64,000 nucleotides of DNA from Octopus sinensis (Eukaryota): assembly GCF_006345805.1 (NCBI RefSeq), contig NC_043006.1, positions 2,976,001 to 3,040,000 of the forward strand, read 5' to 3'. Below, one piece after another: positions 60,041 to 64,000 of the stretch; the first letter of the stretch is position 1; each line of letters begins with the position of its first letter. The translations under genes were made by a program, and so were the position numbers. The notes under the pieces were generated by a model. The model made no database searches, was not told where the DNA came from, and worked only from the letters and a program-made list of their open reading frames with translations.

Positions 60041-63000
60041 TCATAACTGAATTGATAAAACATTTAATATTTAATTCTTCGTTAGTTACTATCTATAAAT
60101 TCATTTCTTTTTTCATTAGACACAAAACTTTCTCTTAATTTATATCTGAGACATTCCAATTTCTGATGTCCATGCTTTTCTCTGGGACATTAATGATTTA
60201 AAGAGGCTGCAATCAGGAGTTGAAATCATGCTGCACACACACACGCGCACGCACACACACACACGTGCACGCACACACGCACGCACACACACACACACTT
60301 TAAACACGTTGAATAGTTCAAGGGGAAAATTGTTTACATTGGATATGTAGATGGTCTGTGTAAGTAGTCAAAATATACTTAACGGTTCTCTTTTGGAGCT
60401 TATCTCCAATGAAATATTTAACTGAAACAGCATGAAACACTTCTTTTTATTTCACCCCTCCCCTTTATTTTTTTTATTTAAACTTTTAAAATTGTTTAAA
60501 GTATTCCACCTTCATTGTGAGGCAGTATTTTAAGAGATTGGCAAATTGGTATGAGTTTGTATTTCTTTTGCTTAAAGAAGGCAGGGCCCTCTGCTGTCAA
60601 TTGGCTTATGTCATTGGGTGCTTTTGCATTCCTCTCTCTCTCTCTCTCTTCTATGTTATGGCTTTAGTCTAGTTGAATATAACTGTCATGTAATACCCCC
60701 TCCACCACCCCCAGCCTCTCTTTTTTTTCTTTTCCCCTTCCGTCTGTGTCTGGTTGAAATCATCCACAGTAGCAGCAATTCCATTCTGATGTAGGCAGGT
60801 TTTCTCCTCTGCCTCCCATAACAACAATCATACAACTAGAGAAGCATGAATTTCACTTCCCTACTTCTTTCTCTCTTTCCCTTTTTCTCTCCGCTGCCGA
60901 CTAAAGGAATGCTTCTTATATTCTCGTCCACCCTCTCTGCTACTCCCCATGTGTATGGAGCAAACTAATCTTTCATCTCTTCTTCCTTATTCAGTTTCAA
61001 TTTAACTTTCTTCTGCCCCATTCTTGTGCACTAGGGCAACCACACTTGTTTCATATAACCACCACACAGATTTCTTTTATACAAGGAGCCATTGAGAACC
61101 TGCTTCAAGCTCGCTTGGCTGCTTGCTTACTCGACCCCCCCCCCCCCCGCTCCCCCAGTCAGTATTTATTTTGTTTGCACCCAGCCACACTCCCAGCTTA
61201 CTTTCAACTGACTCAACCACTCACATGTCTGTCTACATCCAAACAATTTAAGAGTAGATTGCCAAATTCTCAGCCAATCTACAGATAGGTTTGCTTGTAG
61301 CCATGTCACAGAATATGTAGTTTACTATCAACTAAACTTATCAAGTATTGTTTGGCTGGATGCTGCTGGTTAGTTATTTGCTTGGGTGGTTGACCAGTTG
61401 GCTGGTTTGCTTCTGCTACTATTACAAGGAAACTACTTCTGTCTGAAGATTCCTCTCTTATTCCATAACTTCCACTCACCCTATCTCTCAAGTTAAGCTC
61501 CAGTTGTTGACCTTGACTCTTAAAACTTAACATATTCTCTCTTATCTTACTCTTTTGATTTTTGCACAAGTCCTCAATAAATCCAGAAAATTACCTCCTT
61601 TATACTCAAACACAAACAGCCAAGCAGATAGAATAATATCATGAATTAGCTTTATTTGCAGATTAGTTTCATTGTTGGTAAGTAAATACTTTGTTGGACA
61701 TCAGCATTATATCAGTATGAATATGTGGCGATGCAGTTAGCCAGCTTGACTGATCTCTGTCTGTCTGTCTGTCTCTCAGCATTTTGAAGTTGATCAGGTC
61801 CTTTGAGCTTGCAGTGACTTAATTTAACCTCGAAACATCAAAGGATTTCTTTCCTGTGACACCTGTCTCGTCATATACTTCTATCTTCACTGATAATGAG
61901 CTCATTAATCTAAAATGTAACCCCCCTCCCACTCTCTCTAAGCCATACAAACCTGGATAATTTGTCTGAGTATCAGAATCTTGTCTCTTTGTCTTACCAC
62001 TGCATCTGGCATTATGTTGACTCTAGCTCAATTAACTGAAATGCTTATACTGTAAACATCAGACATGTCTTTGAGAGTCTACAAATATCAATGGCCCAAT
62101 CTGTTGGCCCTATCCTGTTGTTGTCCATTGCATAGCTAATTGACAAGTGTTTTCTTTTTGGCCTTTGTTCAATTATTTCACAGTAGACTACTATGAAAGA
62201 AGGTCGTTTCCATAAATTGTTTTCTCGATCAAAAAGAACTTAAAAATCGTGTGCTGTTCCTTCTTCTGTGAGAAAATTACATTGTTTCTTGGTACATAGT
62301 TATTTTTACTGCAAACTTTCTACAAAAGCCGACAAACTATTTTGCACCAAAGCAAAAAATTGTAGCTTCAGGGCAGACAAAAGAAGCCACCAATAATTGG
62401 GTGCTTCAACATCTTCCATATTTATTGAAACAATGTTTTCTTTCTGTTTTATTATAAGGGAAACTGAAAAAAGAATAGCTGATAGTTAATCTACTTGATA
62501 TTTCCGTGTGAAGTTTTAGATGGCTGTTGACCAGACTTCATTAATACACATGCTGAAAGGTTTACCAACTAAAATGAAAAGAACTCATTTATTTTCATAT
62601 CACTGATGAATGTAGATCTGAAATGCTTTTATCTACTGCTGTAGCCTAAAACTCAGCATATAATATTAAAATCCGATCTTGCCATAAATCTTAAGGGAAA
62701 AAAAGCGTTGACCTCTCCTTATTCTTAGAATGTGCCAAATTAGTGGTTATTTACCCCCTTGAAAATTGTCTTAATATTTTTTTAAATAATATTTCTATAA
62801 TGTGGTTCTTAGTTTCATAACTGACTTCTTTGTGTCTAGAAATCATAAAGCCAATGGCATTTGCTTGTGCATGTTTCTTGTTACTTAAATTGAGAATTCT
62901 TTAGAACAATTTCCCTCTCACTGGTCAACCAACCAAAGATGGTGTGTAGATTCTGTTTAGTAAAGAGTTATAGTCATTTCAGAGGATTATGAGTAGGAAC

Positions 63001-63817
63001 TTGCTTAACTGTACCCCAGGGTTAGCACTGCCATCACACTATGAGTCTCAGATTTTAATAATATAGTCCTTATAAAATTAGTCATCTAATATATCTGTTA
63101 CAGGTAGCTTTATGAGTATGAATTATGGAATTAGGTTGGATTGTATTCATTCCTTTTTGTAATGTCCTTCCTCTCTCTATTGGCCTGACTGAAACATTTA
63201 TCCGTCCTTCAAATATACAAATGACATGTAGGCTGTTGAATTTCAATGCGTTTTCTCACCAAGTTTTTCATAACCATGTCATAATAACCTACGCTCACAA
63301 AGTTTAGTTAGAAGATTTCGAATACATTAAATTTGTAGAATTGATGGGAACTAATTTTACTGACAGTTCATTCTGTCGGTAGCAATAGAGATTTGCTTTT
63401 TATTCTTTCAGAAACCTCTACAAATAATTATCTTTCTGGGCTTCTTTCATTTCTTCTGTATATTTCTCTCTATCATCCACCTTCTCTTCCTTACATATAA
63501 ACCATCCACAAAAAAAAAAAAAAAACGAATATATATTTTTCTATATTATTCCTCCCTGCTAATTATCCTTGTCATTTCCCTACACAAATACCTTCACAGT
63601 TCTGTGGTGGCCTCGTGGAACCTATTGTTTTCTTTTCAACATTACTGTCCTTTTACATTTCCACTTTGTCATCAGCTGTTGTCCAAAGCCCAGCATCATT
63701 CTCCACTTGCTTCAGTGATGTCCAGCAGGCTTCTGTTTACAGGAACACACCCAAACCATGTTTTGTATGCCAACGTATAATATATTCATAGTATGTCAAT
63801 GTTTCTATTGCAAATGC

Positions 63818-63866
<49 letters not shown>

Positions 63867-64000
63867 TATGTAATGTGTCCAGGACTCTTTTTCCTGCTTT
63901 TAGCGAGCTGGGTTTTTTTTTCCATTTATTGGCAAATGAAGGTTGTAAGCTTAAGCTAAGGATCATTGAGTCTGAAGTAATTTGTCATCAGGTGTCAGTG

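Noticed and set aside
61306-61569. 87-aa minus-strand ORF with plausible composition
   Set aside because: No convincing acceptor, partner exons or recognisable domain.
62603-62630. CTGATGA...GAAA spacing
   Set aside because: No stem II or stem I pairing; chance match.

Overview
Eukaryotic, AT-rich, microsatellite- and SINE-dense genomic DNA. The repeat families look like those of an octopod cephalopod (inference from recalled repeat sequences, not a database search). No prokaryotic genes, operons or CRISPR arrays are present. The one well-supported protein-coding gene is a + strand paired-box transcription factor, most likely the lophotrochozoan-specific Pax-beta. Its exons are 22390-22632 (probable), 27348-27513, 40153-40290, 47009-47138 and 47946-50021. 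All junctions are GT-AG and phase-compatible, giving about 917 aa plus an unlocated start exon. No homeodomain or octapeptide is visible. The rest of the window is at least four SINE-like families, CR1, RTE and Gypsy remnants, mariner- and piggyBac-type MITEs, and long degenerate (TA/TG)n arrays, which explain all the long Y/I/M/C ORFs. The most unexpected signal is three sequence-unrelated hammerhead-ribozyme-like motifs. One is a near-complete extended type I fold at 16441-16569 (-) inside a ~400-nt ORF-less element. One is a minimal core duplicated within a 96-bp fold-back hairpin in a Pax intron (40824-41033). The third is a minimal Penelope-type motif at 53717-53749 (-). Also notable are inverted SINE clusters that could form long dsRNA, and a phase-compatible chain of candidate small exons starting in the Pax 3' UTR. 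None of the RNA-level claims has been tested.
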